Below, piece by piece: positions 52,360-64,000 of a DNA stretch of 64,000 nucleotides. Position numbers and translations under genes: made by a program. A model generated the notes under the pieces. It made no database searches and had not been told where the DNA came from. It saw only the letters and a program-made list of their open reading frames with translations. Position 1 is the stretch's first letter, and each line of letters starts with the position of its first letter. Origin of the DNA: Guillardia theta CCMP2712 (taxonomy: Eukaryota; Protista; Cryptophyta); assembly GCF_000315625.1 (NCBI RefSeq), contig NW_005434641.1, positions 604,918 through 668,917 of the forward strand. The letters run 5' to 3'.

Positions 52360-53918
52360 TCACGAGGTAGCCACACGCATCGCCCACGATCGTGAGGAAG
52401 GAGCATTTCTCACAGGATTGGCCTGCTTGCGATTGTTGGACTGCAAAAATGTTAAGTTACTGCAAAAGCAGCGGCTGCTGCACCTTAGGCTGGGGATGCG
52501 GGGAGAAGTCAGCGGAGATGGGAGGGAAGGACTTGAAGTCGATCTTCTGCAGCCCAGCAAACTCATAGAGCTTGCGCTTCCACATGCGGAGGTATCTAGA
52601 AGCTCTAATCAGTCTCATCCAGTTGCCAAAGTGAGGACATCACCCATCATATCTCCTCTTGCCACAGATCAGCGTGAGCTCGAGTACTCCTTCCTCCGTG
52701 ATGTATGGGAGCCCGATGATGTCCTGGAGCTGACGCCCAGAGAAACCTTGATCCATGAGGCGCTTGTAACCCTCCGTGTTCTTCCCTATGTCGATTTGCT
52801 TTTGGCGAGCTCGCAGCTTTGTTTCATCAATTTCGCCAAGTGGAAGGGCCTGCAAGTCTTCAGCAGTCTTGTCTCTGGTCCCAACTTTGCCTCCAGGGAT
52901 CTACGAAACAGCTTAAGAAACAAAGAAACGTGCTAGTCATCGCGTACCACATCTCTTCCACCAGTCGGCACGTACATCTTATTGGTCACATCATACTTGC
53001 AAGGAACTCTAGTTCTTTTGCCGGTGTCATCAACAATCTCTGCAAAGAAAGGGCTGATCCTGGCCTTCTTCCCGTTGTACGGATATTGGGAAGCTCCACC
53101 TCTCGGGTGATTCCTCTTCAAACCAGTCATCTGCAAAAAGGGTCAACGGCCTCGTCTTGAAAGCACCTATTCCTCTTGACCTCTCGCTCCGAGGGGGAGG
53201 AAGGCGTCCTTGCTTCCGTCTTCTTCTCAGAAGAGGGGCTGACCACTTCAGTGTCGGAAGGTGAAGGTTGTGCGGAATTCAGCACAGAAAGAGCTTGAGA
53301 GAGGTGGAGCTGCAGGGCACCCGGGGAGAAGATGAGGAATGATAGTCTATCAAGATCCTCGGTTGCCTCGAGAAACATCCCGGTGAGTTTGCCAGCAAGT
53401 TCGGGTTGCATGCGATAGATTTCTTGGTAGCTGAGAAATGTTGTCGTCATTTGTGTGGACAAACGTACAGCAAAATCTTACAGCGCATTTCCCACTCTCG
53501 ATTTCTTTTCGGTTTCCCCGCAGTTCTTTCATGCAATCAAGTCAGACAGTCATAGAAAAAGACGAACCAAGACGAACCAATACCTTCAGCTCTGATAGAA
53601 ATTGATTTAGCTTGCGATTTACGACATCACTGTCATCATCCCCTTCGTCACCGGATGATTCAAGCTTCTTTTCATTGCAAACTTTTTCCTGTTTCAGATG
53701 TCATTGAAACAATTGTAGAGAACCATGCGCATACTTTGTTGGGCGTTGGCTGTGCAGATGCAGTATCATTGTTCTGCTCGTCTCTGTCAAAGAAAGCTAG
53801 TCTTCCGGCAACCTAGCACAACTCAAATCCGAGTTTGACATGTACAAAGTCATTTCACCTCATTGGTAAGGCCCGAGGAGGCACTTTGATCCGGATCAAT
53901 TGCCACGATGCTGGACAT
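52360..53918 (-). CDS. SLBP: Histone-mRNA stem-loop binding protein (SLBP) homolog carrying an MLLE/PABC domain
   Basis: RBD: EIDETKLRARQKQIDIGKNTEGYKRL...GKRRYDG|YLRMWKRKLYEF. MLLE: KKSRVGNAL|YQEIYRMQPELAGKLTGMFLE...LQLHLSQALSVL. Introns 53431-53481, 53131-53180, 52901-52947 and 52596-52643 keep the frame. Confidence 0.85.
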
Positions 53919-54644
53919 TCTGACTAGTAGGAAGTTAGGGACGTATGTACAACCAAGGCATTTTTCTTGGTTTGAGCGAAGGAAGAGAAGACGATCTGAG
54001 GTGGTTGCATGGCAGTAAAGGGGGATAAAGGTACGAGCGGGGAGGATGCAAGTAAAACTACAAGGTAAAGAGTTGGATAAATGGTGAAGACAAGGTGGAA
54101 TGAGGAGGTGAGGGGATGAGGAGATGAAGGAGAGCTGCAGTAAGGAATGAAAAACAACGACAAAGAAATAGAGCAAATCAAGACCCAACATAGGACCACG
54201 CGAAGGGCAGAGGTTAAGTCAGAAGGTGAAGTGTGAAGAGCAGAGTTTCAGAAGACAGGAAAAGTTGCAGGGTTAAGGAAAGAGAGAAGATGAAGCTCGA
54301 GCAGCAGAGAGGACAATCAGGGAGGAGCTTACAGGGGACGGCAGGGGAAGGCAGGAGAGCAGGAGAAAGGGGAAGGCAGGAGAAAGCAAGGAAGGGGGAA
54401 ATCGTATGAGTACGGTACAGTACGGTACTATATTTGATATGGGAGCAGGAAAAGGTTTGTGGGATGATTCACGGGAGTGGAGACGGAGGACAAGAGGGGT
54501 GAGACAAATCGAGACATAACACCAATGATGAAAAGAAGAGGAAAAGAGGAGGGGCGGGGGCGGGGGAAGACGGTATGGGAAAGAAAATTGAGGGGAAGGG
54601 ACGAGAGGGGAAGGGAAGAGATGGGAAAAGAAGGGAAGGAAAGG

Positions 54645-54795
54645 AAAGAGATGGGATGGGATGGGATGGGATTTGAAGGAAGAGATGGGAAGCGAAGCGA
54701 AGCGGAGGGATGGGGTGGGGTGGAATGGGATGGGATGGCATGGTATGGTATGGTATGGGATGGGGTGGGATGGAATGGGATGGGATGGGACGGGA
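54645..54795. repeat. Degenerate (ATGGG)n pentamer repeat
   Basis: Direct reading. Confidence 0.85.
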
Positions 54796-55699
54796 AGAGG
54801 ATAAGAGAGGACATCAGAGGACCTGATATGAAATAAGGGGGTAGGGAAGAGGCAGGGGAGGCAGGGAAAGAAGACACTGTGGTGGCGGGGAAGGGAGGAG
54901 AGGAGTGGCGATGGGACGGGAGGGGCAGAAAGGCGGGAGGTTCAAACTTCCAATTGCAATAGCTAACTGGCATGGTGATGCCCGCTACCACCGCCGGGCC
55001 CGGCGCGCCAGCGCCTTTATTATTAATTTTTTTATTTTTCAAGTTTAGTAAACTTTCACTAGTATATGATAGTCCGACGCACCTGAGAGCTAGTACCGTA
55101 CTCGGACGCCGGGCCGGGGGCGCGTCCGCGGTGATCGGACCGGGTTTACCATATCATATATAGCCACGGTACCGTACCGTGCCGTCACGGTGCCGTGGCC
55201 GGCGCCGCCGGAAGTCACCGTGGCCCAACAGTGGCGCGCGGATCGGATCATCCGATGATCGCGGCGGTCCGCGGCCGGGCGGCCGGTGCCACCGACGGTC
55301 TCGGCGGACCGTCACTGTCACCGTACGGTACCGTACGGGGGCCGGACTCTCGCTGACTCACTGTAGTGCCGGGGCCGCCCGGCACCGTCACGGTGCCAGT
55401 GATGGTCAGTGGCCCATGATGCCAGTAGGCTGCGTGACGGCGATGATACGTTTGATTTACAACAAGCCTAAGTATCATACTCGTACAACTTGCCAAATAA
55501 AGTACATAAATCAACTGTGATTCGGAAGTTTCTTTGAAGGAGTTAACGGTAGATCGTGGAAAAAATAATGTCACGCATGAAAGCAGCATGCTCTCTCTGC
55601 TCAAAACTTCAGAAAAATCCTCCAACAAGAATGAAAACCTTCTTGTTGAGATTTGCATGTCCTCCATGAACATGTACAGCAGGTTCCCTCCTACGGTTT

Positions 55700-56520
55700 A
55701 CAATCAACACGATCCCCCACAGACACCAGTCAAAAACCCGTTAGAGTGTTCCAGCTTTGCTTTCGTAGCATTTGCTAGGACGGGAGGATTCTTGATCTAA
55801 ACATTTCTCAATGTGGCAATGAAGCAAAAGGATAATTACCTTCAAACTTGGCTTGAGCCCAACTCCTTTGACTTCTTTCATATTCAGGCCTGAGGAACAG
55901 AAACCATCAGAATCCCTTGTTTCACCATCTATCAGTTGCTGAAATACCAGGATGATAATTGTCCAAAACTTCACAATGTTTGGACTCCACGAGAAATAAA
56001 TCATCCATTTCGTTTGAGTCTGAAGACTGTGCAATCATTTTAAGTAACAAGCAGAAATTATCCGTGATTATCCAACCGAGAAGGAAGACCGCTTGCCCGT
56101 TTTGACAAGCATCACATTCCGGTCATGTTGACCTGCTGAAGAGCCCACAGAAATCCGAGAGTGGAACGCTGAGGAATCTGGAATAAAATCCCTTGCAACA
56201 AAACAGGGGACAGGTCTCACCGGTTTTGCATTTCTCAAGGCACTCATCGTCTGCAAGAGACCTGCAAAACAATTGAACATACACTTCTCATGATTGGGAC
56301 ATACGACCAACCGTGTTTTTCCAGCTGCCTCATTGTAATGGCGAGAACAGTCTGCCAAATCCATCAACCAAAATGGCACAACAAAAATGATTACCTTTGT
56401 TCTCATGGCAGAATAATTGTTCCATAATGAAATCAACTACATCAATTACATAATTAAAAAAGAATATCATCCCCGATGTCTTTCAGGAACGGCTTCCAGC
56501 ACAAAATTTCGCGATCTGTA
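55700..56520 (-). CDS. Multi-exon hypothetical protein (AT-richer)
   Basis: Short exons separated by ~50-nt introns (LISLWNNYSAMRTK, LLQTMSALRNAKP, QLIDGETRDSDGFCSSG); low certainty. Confidence 0.3.
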
Positions 56521-57408
56521 GAACAAACAACATAGAGGCTGAAATGTGGTGAATCAAGACGCAAAAACAACCGCTAGAGAACATGAAAATGAACAGCATA
56601 GAAAAACGGGGCAAACAAACCAAGAAAACAGAGGGCCAGAACATCATTTCCTATCCTCTCTCCCTAGCCCGCCCCTCGTCCCTTTCCATCCGCCCCTTCC
56701 CCGTATCAACCGCTATGCTGGCATCTGGTCGCAGCGAACCGCGCTAAATTCTGCCTTGGTGGGGTATAACAAGATACGTCGGGTGGTTTAACTGCAGACA
56801 AGGACTGCCATGAGTTGGGTGGTGGTCCTTCCAAAAAAGAATTAAGGGGTGATAAACTGGGGATTTGCAGGGGTGAAGTAAAGCATCTGAAAAGCTTTTA
56901 GGGTGGGGTCATCTCCTTGCAGGGGTAGTATTCAATACCACCCAAGAAAGTAGCACCACCCACCCCTTCTCCACTCATTTTTTTTTTTATCTCATGGGTG
57001 AGTACCCCACCCTCTGGTTGTACCCCTCTAAAACCCCTATCCTCAACCCCTTCCTGAACTCGTAATCCGGATCGGATACACCTGGTTCCGGCCCGAGCCC
57101 GAGTATGGCCCGGACGAACTTTTAACTAAAATGGGCTGAGATTACCAATGATTAACTCAAACTTAGTACCTAATATAGTGGGTAGTTGAGCAGCACACAT
57201 AAGGACGGGTGGATAATTTTTCGTGACGAGGGAGGTAGGGATTCACCGGGGTATGCGAATGGAATTGGAGGGGTGTGGGGTACAATGATTGGTATCAGAT
57301 TGAAGGAGGTGGGGTGGACGTGGGTAGGAGTCGTTCAGAAGATTGCGAATGCTGCCGCTCCTCGCTCGCCGTGCATGCACGTCTTCGTCTTCCTCGCTAC
57401 CGAAGCGC

Positions 57409-57994
57409 ATGGTGCTTATCCACAAGACAGGTATCTTCCTATTGTCTCCAATACATGATGCCTCCACTGAGAATCTCCCCACAACCCCATTGTTTTTCAT
57501 TTGTGAATTGGTGATTTTTTTATTTCTTCTCTGTATGTTCGAGGTGCGCCCACCCTCTCGCTTCTGTTTACTTGATGCCAATCTTGATGACCATCGTATG
57601 TATAAACCCCTCGACTCCGTTCCCCCTCCCGATCGAGCATCTCTCTCATGCTTCTTCCACCTTGTTCATTGCCCTGAACAACATGTAATGTGGCCTTGTC
57701 CTATCTTTTCTTTGTTATGTTACTGTTGTCACTGTCCATGAACTCTGAACCCAACTTGATGCAAGATTCAAACTTGTTTCAGGATTGACGGATGCTTGGC
57801 GCAAACATCCTATTTGCAGTCGTGAATCGAATCTCAAGAAGATGTTCCCTGGACTGGGAACAGCTGCAGGTACTGTTTTTTGTTGATTTGAACTGTTTTT
57901 AAATTGCTATTGGCCAGCATTATTTGCAGTGTACGTCGTTGTTGACCAAAGCATGTCGGCAATGGCGCCAAAGAAGGACAAGCACCATCATTGA
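57409..57994 (+). CDS. NDUFB3: Mitochondrial complex I accessory subunit B12
   Basis: Three exons: MVLIHKTG|LTDAWRKHPICSRESNLKKMFPGLGTAA|ALFAVYVVVDQSMSAMAPKKDKHHH*. The WRKHP..FPGLG plus TM helix pattern is typical of B12; missed by the ORF track. Confidence 0.85.
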
Positions 57995-58197
57995 GTTATG
58001 ATTGTTGTTGTTAGTGAAAGCGTGGGTTTCTTTTGTCGTTTTAGTTTTTACGAATGAATGCTCGTGGAGCTCCACAGTCATCTAAATCGGTTACATCGAA
58101 TCAGTTTGTAGCGGTCCAGGATCAGTCTTAAAAAGCCCGAACAAAAGTTTCCGGACACATGAAGCTGCCTCCTACATGTATGCGATATCTGTGTACC

Positions 58198-60060
58198 TTA
58201 TTGCTTCACCGCCGTCAGAAGACCAAGGCGAATTAGTCCCTGCCATGCAAGAAGTTGGAGATGGATGCCGGTCAAGACGTAGGAAGATTCAAGGATGGAG
58301 ACTCAGCATCGAACGCATGAGAAAAGAAAGGAAGAGCAACCTTATTGAAGCCTCGAATCATAAGAAGAACAGCACGAGCTCCTCGGAGAGTCTCAATTCC
58401 TTTCCGCAGCGTCTTGATCAGTCCTTTGAACCCTGTAGAGCATTACGAGGCCATTTTCTTCCATCCGTCCTCATCACTGCGCTACCTTGCCATGAAAGAG
58501 CAGATCGCCATACAGCTGGCCAGAACGGACGAACTGCATCCTGAGAAGGAAAACATCAAGGAATGGCGGAGGTTTAGGAGAAGATAAGAGGTATAGAAGG
58601 TTGGGGAAGAATGGGTATGAGGAACGTGCAAAGCACCGTCCAGTCATCTGTGCGGATGTCTGTGAAGCTTAATTCTTGTGCGATCATCTTGCTCATGGGT
58701 GACCTCGAGGTACAAGCCTTCTCTCTAAACCTTGTAGTCGCTGCATGAGACCCATTCAGGAAGGTAATAATACTTGGAGATCTGGAAAACGAGTCAGCGG
58801 ATTCATTTCCTTTCTCCATTTTTACCTTGGACAACAAGCGCTTCTCCTTGGCCTGCCCAATATATTCAGACTAGCATCAAGCATTTTCACAATGTCACGT
58901 CAAGGTTCTCATTGCTTAAATGTCCACAAGACAGCATCTCGGTGTCGCGATGAGTCCACTGGGACTTGTCAGCAGGAAAGGTATACATTCGTTTACTTAC
59001 TGTTGCCATCAAAAATCGACCACCCGGCTAAGACAACATCAAGAGTTGTTAATCATCAAGTTGTACGGACCTTAAGGACTCTTTTACATTCCTCGAGCCA
59101 TTCCTTCTTTCCTGTACCCAACTATTTGTTACCTTTGACGTATTGGATCGTTTCTTCACCAGGCATGTGCTCGCCGGACTCCATCGACCTGCAAATCAGA
59201 TCAGCTTAGCGCCGGAGGCAAAGTTTTTCCTTACCAGATGAGATCAAAACTTTCGTCTTCAAAAGGAAGTTTAAGAGCATCTGCTACCTTCAGACGTACC
59301 GTATCAAAACATCGATTTCAACTTGATATCTCCACCATAAATTGTGTCTGATCAGCCAACCCTGCCAGTCGAGAACGCTCTTTGGCATGTTCACATTGCA
59401 GAGGACTGTCATGATTTTGTGAATGGTGTGCATTTTATCGTCAAGCGTTCATAGAAAATAATGGACTTTCACCTCAATGTGATGCCTGTTACTTTGCACC
59501 CGTAGCGACGAGCAATGTGTCTCGAGCTTCCCCCCACACCACATCCGACATCGAGAACGTGAGTTGGAGCGGAGACCTGTCCCCAGTCCAACAGTCTGTC
59601 CACCATGTCAATTTGTGCTTGCACATCTGATTTCTTTTCGTCTCCTTTTTGTCCATAATGCCCTAAACAAGCATAAGCTGTTCAACTTACTAAAGAATAA
59701 ACACGACGGTACCCATATGCATGTGTTCCCCCCACACTTCTTCCCACAGGGGCGAGGACTGATCATAGAAGTTTGCAATGCCGTTCTTCAGCTCAGTATC
59801 TGAAGCAGCTGCTAAGAAAATTCAGGTCAGGTCTCAGCCTTGCACGTCAAGTTACCCAGGACGATTCGTGAGACTGCAGGGTGTTGGGTCCTTCGGCAAA
59901 TCCTTGAGGAGAAGATATTCTTCAGATGAGATGCCTAAAAGTAATTTATTCGACATGAACCAAGCCAGCAACACTCAACCTTGTGCGACGAAAATTGAAA
60001 TGTAACGCATTGTTGGAGCAACGAGCAATAAAACGTCGCCAATAAAAATTTTCTCAACAT
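58198..60060 (-). CDS. VTE4: Gamma-tocopherol methyltransferase with bipartite plastid-targeting leader
   Basis: LKNGIANFYDQSSPLWEEVWGEHMHMG; VLDVGCGVGGSSRHIARRYGCKVTGITL; SMESGEHMP; DIRTDDWT; GLIRLGLLTAVKQ*; N-terminal signal-like MLRKFLLATFYCSLLQQCVTF. Confidence 0.93.
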
Positions 60061-60179
60061 GATCAGACTCCTATCTAAAAAAAAAACATCATTTGTGTTT
60101 TCAATACCGTAATTCAAAGATTAATGTGGAGCTGATACGGGATTTTGTTACAAATGAGAGACAGTTGGATAGCAGTAGA

Positions 60180-60518
60180 ATGAACTCGGAAGAAGAGAGT
60201 GTCGACCAAATTCTACTGTCCTCTGCCTCACACAAACTATGTCAGCAAGACATCTGGCAGTAAAGCCCAGGGTTCTCTCCAAGCAAGAAGCAAAGCTACT
60301 TGGTCGGATCTTTCAATGGTTATGTTCTATTTTCTTGTAAGCACTTTTTCCTTTCTCATGCAACCCATGAAAATCACCGGATCCTCCCCACCGCATTTGA
60401 GGAGCTTATGCGCAGCTTATGGCGAGGATCACCGAACTCTGAGGCGAACCCGAATCACCCACTTGGAGACGAAGTGGGCGAACAGCAGGACGTAAGAGAA
60501 GGGGAGGGGGAAGCTTGA
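60180..60518 (+). CDS. Small hypothetical protein
   Basis: Open segment ...ILPTAFEELMRSLWRGSPNSEANPNHPLGDEVGEQQDVREGEGEA*; weak support. Confidence 0.25.
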
Positions 60519-62077
60519 ATGGGGATGCATCGATTGTTGTGCATCACAGTGCCTAGTCTTCAGCAAGGGTCTCAAAAGTTTCGGGAGGACAGACATTGAA
60601 ACAGTGTCTCGGAGATCACTGTTGCTGTGCCCAGTTTCTTCTCGACTGGGTATGTATGGCGAGAGTGAGGGACTACAACGCTCATCTAAAGGTTACTCAT
60701 CCCAGCGTCATCTTCGAGAGTATCAAGGGCTCTTTTATTTCAGTCAATAAAGGGGAGCATTAAATCTTTCTTTTTCTCTTTGACTGATTGGAGCCAGAGA
60801 AAAATAGCTACGATTCTGATTGGTAAACTCTGCTTCAGGCGTTCATTTTCCGGGGAGGTATTTTGGCAGCCTACATCCAATGGCAGACGAGGACTTGAGT
60901 CTGCTTGTCTCCTTGTGACCGACCAACCGATTCTGGTCTTGATTTGGTTCAGAGCTCAACTAGCTTGCCTCAGCTGCACTGGGATAACGTCAATCTCACC
61001 GAAATTCCATGTGTACGAACTTATTGAGAAGGAGGGTTCTTGTTGTAGCCGAAATTTGCTACTGAAAGCGCACTTTCGAACTTTTCCTGCAAGGATGACA
61101 AAGCTGTCTTCTTTGGTGAAGATCTACAGTCAGAAGACTACTTGTGGTGGCATAGGAATCAATCTACTTAATAACTGCGATGTCATGCCATTTCTGCATA
61201 GGTAGTCTGCCCAGACTACCTAGGCAGAATTGAAGGCAATTACGAGCAGTGAGCCTGCCACAAAGACAGGAGCAAGTGCTTGTTTTCAGACAATCATTGT
61301 GTCTGTTCAGAGTGAAATGGATAGAGCCAAGAGTTCCTGTTCCAGGTATGGAGGGTTTATGGCTCACACTCGGGATGGACAAAACGAGGACAAGATCGTT
61401 TTCGTCAGGATCTGGCAGACAAGGTCTGCGAAGTCGAGGATGAGATAGAAAGCACGTTGAAATAACAAGTAGATTTCTGACTGAGACTCAGAGTGAGACT
61501 CAGGGTTCGGGCATTTCAATGATTTGCTGAATTGACACCTGATTGTAAGTACCCTGACCTTCTGAGAAAAACATAATTCTTGGAATGATTCTGCTGTTTG
61601 AGATACGTACATGTCTCCACGACATCAAATGTGTATTTTTGATACATGTCATATGTTGAAGGAAACTTTCAATATCCATACTTAATAATCTGACTTCATT
61701 CTTTTTCCAAAAGCGTCTGTCCCCAGGCCCTGAACTCTAAACCTTCAATTCTGTTTCCTCGCCATAACTTGGAATTCTCTTGCATCTAGTCTTCAAAAAT
61801 GAATTTAAATTATATCATTTCTTCGAGAATGTGTTCGGTGGCATATCGTATTCTAAGATCCTTTCGAACGTGATTTTAAGTCAAAGATGTTGTTTTTTCT
61901 TGCATATTTCCGTAGAGGTAAAACATGTCAAGTAGAAATTTGTGTTTGTGCTAATATGCAGTTCAAACCTACTGCTCATTGACAGAGGCATTTTGACGTT
62001 GAAAGATTCGTGCCATAGGAGAAGATGAAGTTTGAAGGGGATAGAATATCATGTTGATTCACTCTCCTATCTTGTCG

Positions 62078-62788
62078 TCATCTAAGCTCCCTGAACATGT
62101 CGTAAGGCTTCTTCAAAAAGCTCCTCCAAGCCAGAGTAATGATCCGATGGGAGTGAGTCTTTATTTTTGTTGCCTTGTGATGCAGTTTTCTGTAAGCTGC
62201 TGTCAGTTCGATATCTTGTTGTGAAGTGAAAATATTCGCAAATCTCTTACCTGTAAGCAAGAGTCGTTTTCTTCAGAAGAAAACAAAAACAATACCTGGT
62301 CAAGAGGGGCACACTCTGCCAGTATGGTACATGACGATTCTTGCTTTATGCCTTGTATCTTCACATCTTTCACCACAGAATCTCTCGAACTTGTTTGAGA
62401 TTTACAACTTTCTTCGTCATTGAAGATATTCTTGTCAGAGACTCGGCTTTGCGATCGGTACGGCCATCGAACGATCCCTAATTTTCGACAGACATTCTTG
62501 AGAGTTGTTGTGGCAATGCCCTGTAGGTCACTCAGAAATCCTTCAATGCGCACTGAATTTCTACAAAGACTGTGAATATCTTACCAACTTTCTTGCTGCC
62601 TCAGTCTCTTGCATGCAAAAATAACCGGATATCTTGTCCAAGCTCAATTGAAGAAGTTTTGGTTTGCATCGGAAGGAGCAATTGCGTCGAGCTTTTACCA
62701 TGACGAAGCCCAGTACAGTCGGCGAGGTGGGAGGCAAAGCCACGGCCCCGACCGCTGGTGAAAACGAAGATGCATTTCCGTCTTGCAT
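62078..62788 (-). CDS. RWP-RK transcription factor; 3' end uncertain
   Basis: LSLDKISGYFCMQETEAARKL|GIATTTLKNVCRKLGIVRWPYRS. Confidence 0.9.
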
Positions 62789-63446
62789 GTCGAGCAATTT
62801 GAATCAGATACTTTTGTTGAGCCCAGGAAGGGTAACCAGGTTTGAGAGGAGCGGGGGAAGAAATCGTGTTTCTTGCGAGGTGTCAGCGACGATTGCAAAG
62901 GCCGAGCGGGGGCAAATTGTTTTGTTTGTCCCTTTGTTTGTCATCCGTCATGCACGTCGGTAACGTGACTTTACAATTTAGAGAAGTTTAGATCTTCATT
63001 CTCATTTCAATTTCAAATTTGATAGGGCGTCTCCGTAACGTCTGGTTCGCTCTTTGAGTCACGGCCGCAAGTCATCACAAAGGGCTTGCAGACCTTTTGC
63101 AAAATCAATACGGCAACGGTTGGAGATAGAATCCGGACTCACAGGCTCGCACGGTACCAGAAAATGTTTTAGGGAGAATCCAGCAGGTAGCGAAAAAAAA
63201 AAGGCTTGCAAGTTGGTACAAATGCTTAGTCAACAATCATGCCGTGTTCTGAGGTGCGAACGGAGTTAGGCCCCGGGAGACTAATAGTGCACTGAGCTGA
63301 TTTGCCACGGTCGTGAGGGGAGAAGGGTGCGACAGAGAAAGGTAGTCGGGCCGAACTGCCAGGTCACGAGATCCCTGTTAGACTAGAATAGAGCACGGTG
63401 ATATGATAACAAGCCATGCAACCTACCTAGCATTCTAATAAACTCA

Positions 63447-63526
63447 ACTACTACTACTACTACTACTACTAGGGTTTAGGGTTTAGGGTTTAGGGTTTAG
63501 GGTTTAGGGTTTAGGGTTTAGGGTTT
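63447..63526 (+). repeat. (ACT)8 fused to interstitial telomeric-type (AGGGTTT)8
   Basis: Direct reading; TTTAGGG-type unit at 63471-63526. Confidence 0.95.
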
Positions 63527-63651
63527 AGGAGCGCCGGTTATTTCAGGCACCATGGCTGCACGCGTGGTGTAGGGGAAGCCGCCAGGGCGCCAAGGAAGCT
63601 GCAAGCGAGAGGTTTGTATAGTTTATCAGCTTTCTAAGTATGGTTCTTCAG

Positions 63652-63996
63652 TATGATGAAAATGTTCGCAACCTGCTGTATCGGAGATCATGCCAATACA
63701 CGCAGGGCGAGCTTGTGGATGCCGCGGTCCTCGAAGCTGATCTTGTCGAGAAAGTGAAGAGCTTCGCGAAACGTTTTCCTAACAGTAGGACAGCTCAGGC
63801 TTGCAAGGCTGTGGAGGGATGCACCCCCGACGCTATCGCAGAAGCCATCCGCTCGACATGTCAGCAGGCACGACGTGAGCTTCTACAAGAAGCGATGACT
63901 GGATGGAGTGACGCATCCAGAGAGTGGTTTATGCAGCAGATTGAAGAAGCCAAGAAGGAGAAGGTCGAGACATACACCGCCTCAGCAGGCAACGAG
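63652..63996 (+). CDS. Exon of a hypothetical gene running off the window
   Basis: Open frame YDENVRNLLYRRSCQYTQGELVDAAVLEADLVEKVKSFAKRFP...AGNE between a ttcag acceptor and a gtga donor. Confidence 0.5.
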
Positions 63997-64000
63997 GTGA

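Noticed and set aside
54428-55042. Pro/Ser-rich 204-aa ORF, and similar ORFs at 45968-46829
   Set aside because: They are translations of polypurine or pentamer repeats.
57431-57782. Possible C/D snoRNA in the unusually long first NDUFB3 intron (TGATGA ~57585, CTGA ~57674 and ~57745)
   Set aside because: No convincing terminal stem or clean rRNA complementarity; such short boxes occur by chance.

Overview
Eukaryotic nuclear DNA: gene-dense, with many ~45-55 nt GT-AG introns, microsatellite-inflated introns and three assembly gaps. The style resembles a cryptophyte alga such as Guillardia theta, which is my inference only. Recognisable genes: an SRSF3-like SR protein, an intronless pseudokinase, a TTLL tubulin glutamylase, a Kelch protein, a SHAQKYF-type MYB, a Cys/His-repeat zinc protein, an ABCD transporter (split by a gap), GPKOW/Spp2, a B-box+PDZ protein, a CxxC-less PDI-like protein, NDUFB3, gamma-tocopherol methyltransferase and an RWP-RK factor, plus several hypothetical genes. 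Two things stand out. (1) A minus-strand gene at ~52.3-53.9 kb splices through canonical 47-51 nt introns into one frame that joins a PABP-type MLLE (PABC) domain to an SLBP histone stem-loop RNA-binding domain. (2) A recurrent intergenic module consists of a GGGGT-rich block, an identical 18-bp core (ACTCAAAGTTAAGTTAAA, three copies) and a GC-rich, palindrome- and TGAGTCA-rich block, always in that order. Exon boundaries were read by eye; no database searches were run.
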